DNA from: a virus
Lineage: Duplodnaviria; Heunggongvirae; Uroviricota; Caudoviricetes
Strand: one strand, 5' to 3'
IMG/VR virus record: IMGVR_UViG_2778261009_000007
DNA length: 9,706 nucleotides
Shown here: in pieces, positions 8,820 to 9,706 of the stretch
Layout of the letters: every line of letters starts with the position of its first letter
Position numbering within the stretch: the stretch's first letter is position 1
Notes under the pieces: generated by a model
Told to the model about the DNA's origin: nothing
What the model saw: the letters and a program-made list of their open reading frames with translations, nothing else
Database searches by the model: none
Translations under genes and position numbers: made by a program

Positions 8820-8869
8820 CAAGTTACTTCTCTTACAATGAGGCTTCACAACATTGATTAGGGAAAATC

Positions 8870-9304
8870 ATGTCTGACGTCTCAACAAACCTCTATAAGA
8901 GTCAGTTGTTGGACTATTACTATCAGCGGCGCGCTGAATCGTCCATTAACAAAGGCTCTCGATTTTTAATCAGCAAGGCCGTTTTCGGTACCAGTTCACT
9001 GGTTACTAAGAAAGGAGATGGCACTTATGAGATTGGAGAACTGCCAAAGGTTTTCGATCTGGCAGAACTGACCAGTCAATTTTGCACCATCAACCTCGTC
9101 CCAACCTACTCAGGCGGGATAATTACTGTCCGAATGGACCTTGATCAAAGCCAGTTGCAGGAAGGGAAAAACTACCCATTCAACACTCTGGTTGTTCTGG
9201 ATAACGAGAACAAGCCAATCGCCATTATTTGTGTCCAGGAAGACTCGCTGTATGTGGGCAAAACATATACCGCAGTTATGGCCATAAACACGACAACAGC
9301 ATAA
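8870..9304 (+). CDS. Small tail-fibre-associated protein (144 aa) immediately upstream of the tail fibre gene; resembles the position of P1 R / tail-collar proteins
   Basis: Seen: ATG 8870 with SD AGGGA upstream, TAA at 9302-9304, 11-nt gap to the next ORF. Assignment is inferred from position. Confidence 0.65.
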   Translation: MSDVSTNLYKSQLLDYYYQRRAESSINKGSRFLISKAVFGTSSLVTKKGDGTYEIGELPKVFDLAELTSQFCTINLVPTYSGGIITVRMDLDQSQLQEGKNYPFNTLVVLDNENKPIAIICVQEDSLYVGKTYTAVMAINTTTA

Positions 9305-9315
9305 GGATATGCTTG

Positions 9316-9706
9316 ATGAATGACGTTACAGTTGTTACATCAGTTACTTACCCATCACCCGAGTCGTTGGCTCTGGTGGCTGATGTGCAATACCACGAAC
9401 CATATCTGTCAGCCGCGCTAAACCGAAAATTCAGGGGGATTGTTGACCCGGGATTTTATGCCGGTTTCTTACCTAAGCCTGGCGGTGGGATGAACCTGTT
9501 AATCACCTCAGTGGATGGTGATAAAACCGCAGGCGCGGCGTCGGTGGATATTGGTGAATTCTACCAGGTAACTATTCAGGGCACTGTTGCAAAGTTAGCG
9601 ATGAGGCAGCCTTTTGTCTTATTCAAAGGCCTTACATTTCAAAAACTCTGCTTACCAGGCGCATTTCGCCCAGGGGATCACCATAATAAAATGCTGAGGC
9701 CTGGCC
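9316..9706 (+). CDS. Tail fibre protein, N-terminal (constant) region; 3' end lies beyond the window
   Basis: Seen: SD AAGGA at 9303-9307, ATG 9316, frame open to the window end (MNDVTVVTSVTYPSPESLALVADVQYHEPYL...). Not in the ORF track because no stop falls inside the window. Fibre identity is inferred from position after the baseplate module. Confidence 0.6.
   Translation, partial: MNDVTVVTSVTYPSPESLALVADVQYHEPYLSAALNRKFRGIVDPGFYAGFLPKPGGGMNLLITSVDGDKTAGAASVDIGEFYQVTIQGTVAKLAMRQPFVLFKGLTFQKLCLPGAFRPGDHHNKMLRPG

Overview
The window is one densely packed, all-plus-strand block of tailed-phage virion morphogenesis genes, not a cellular or defence locus, and I do not see a previously undescribed system in it. 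It holds ten CDS (the first and last truncated by the window edges), most separated by 10-15 nt with strong Shine-Dalgarno sites or overlapping by ATGA/TGATG. Recognisable by motif (from memory, no search run): a T4 gp19-family tail tube protein (1158-1769); a 1140-aa tape-measure-like protein with an internal lytic transglycosylase (SLT) domain, a glycine-zipper hydrophobic segment and a basic patch (2747-6169); a GpW/gp25-like baseplate wedge protein (6169-6525); a large probable baseplate protein; and two tail-fibre-region genes. Gene order and sizes fit what I recall of the sit-baseplate-R-S tail operon of P1-like phages or phage-plasmids, but that is recollection, not a database result. 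The only two ~80-nt untranslated gaps each carry a distinct inverted repeat or stem-loop. No CRISPR, tRNA, rRNA, transposase, integrase or recognisable defence gene is present. The items most worth a second look are the multi-domain ruler protein, the unassigned proteins flanking the tube gene, and the two structured intergenic elements.
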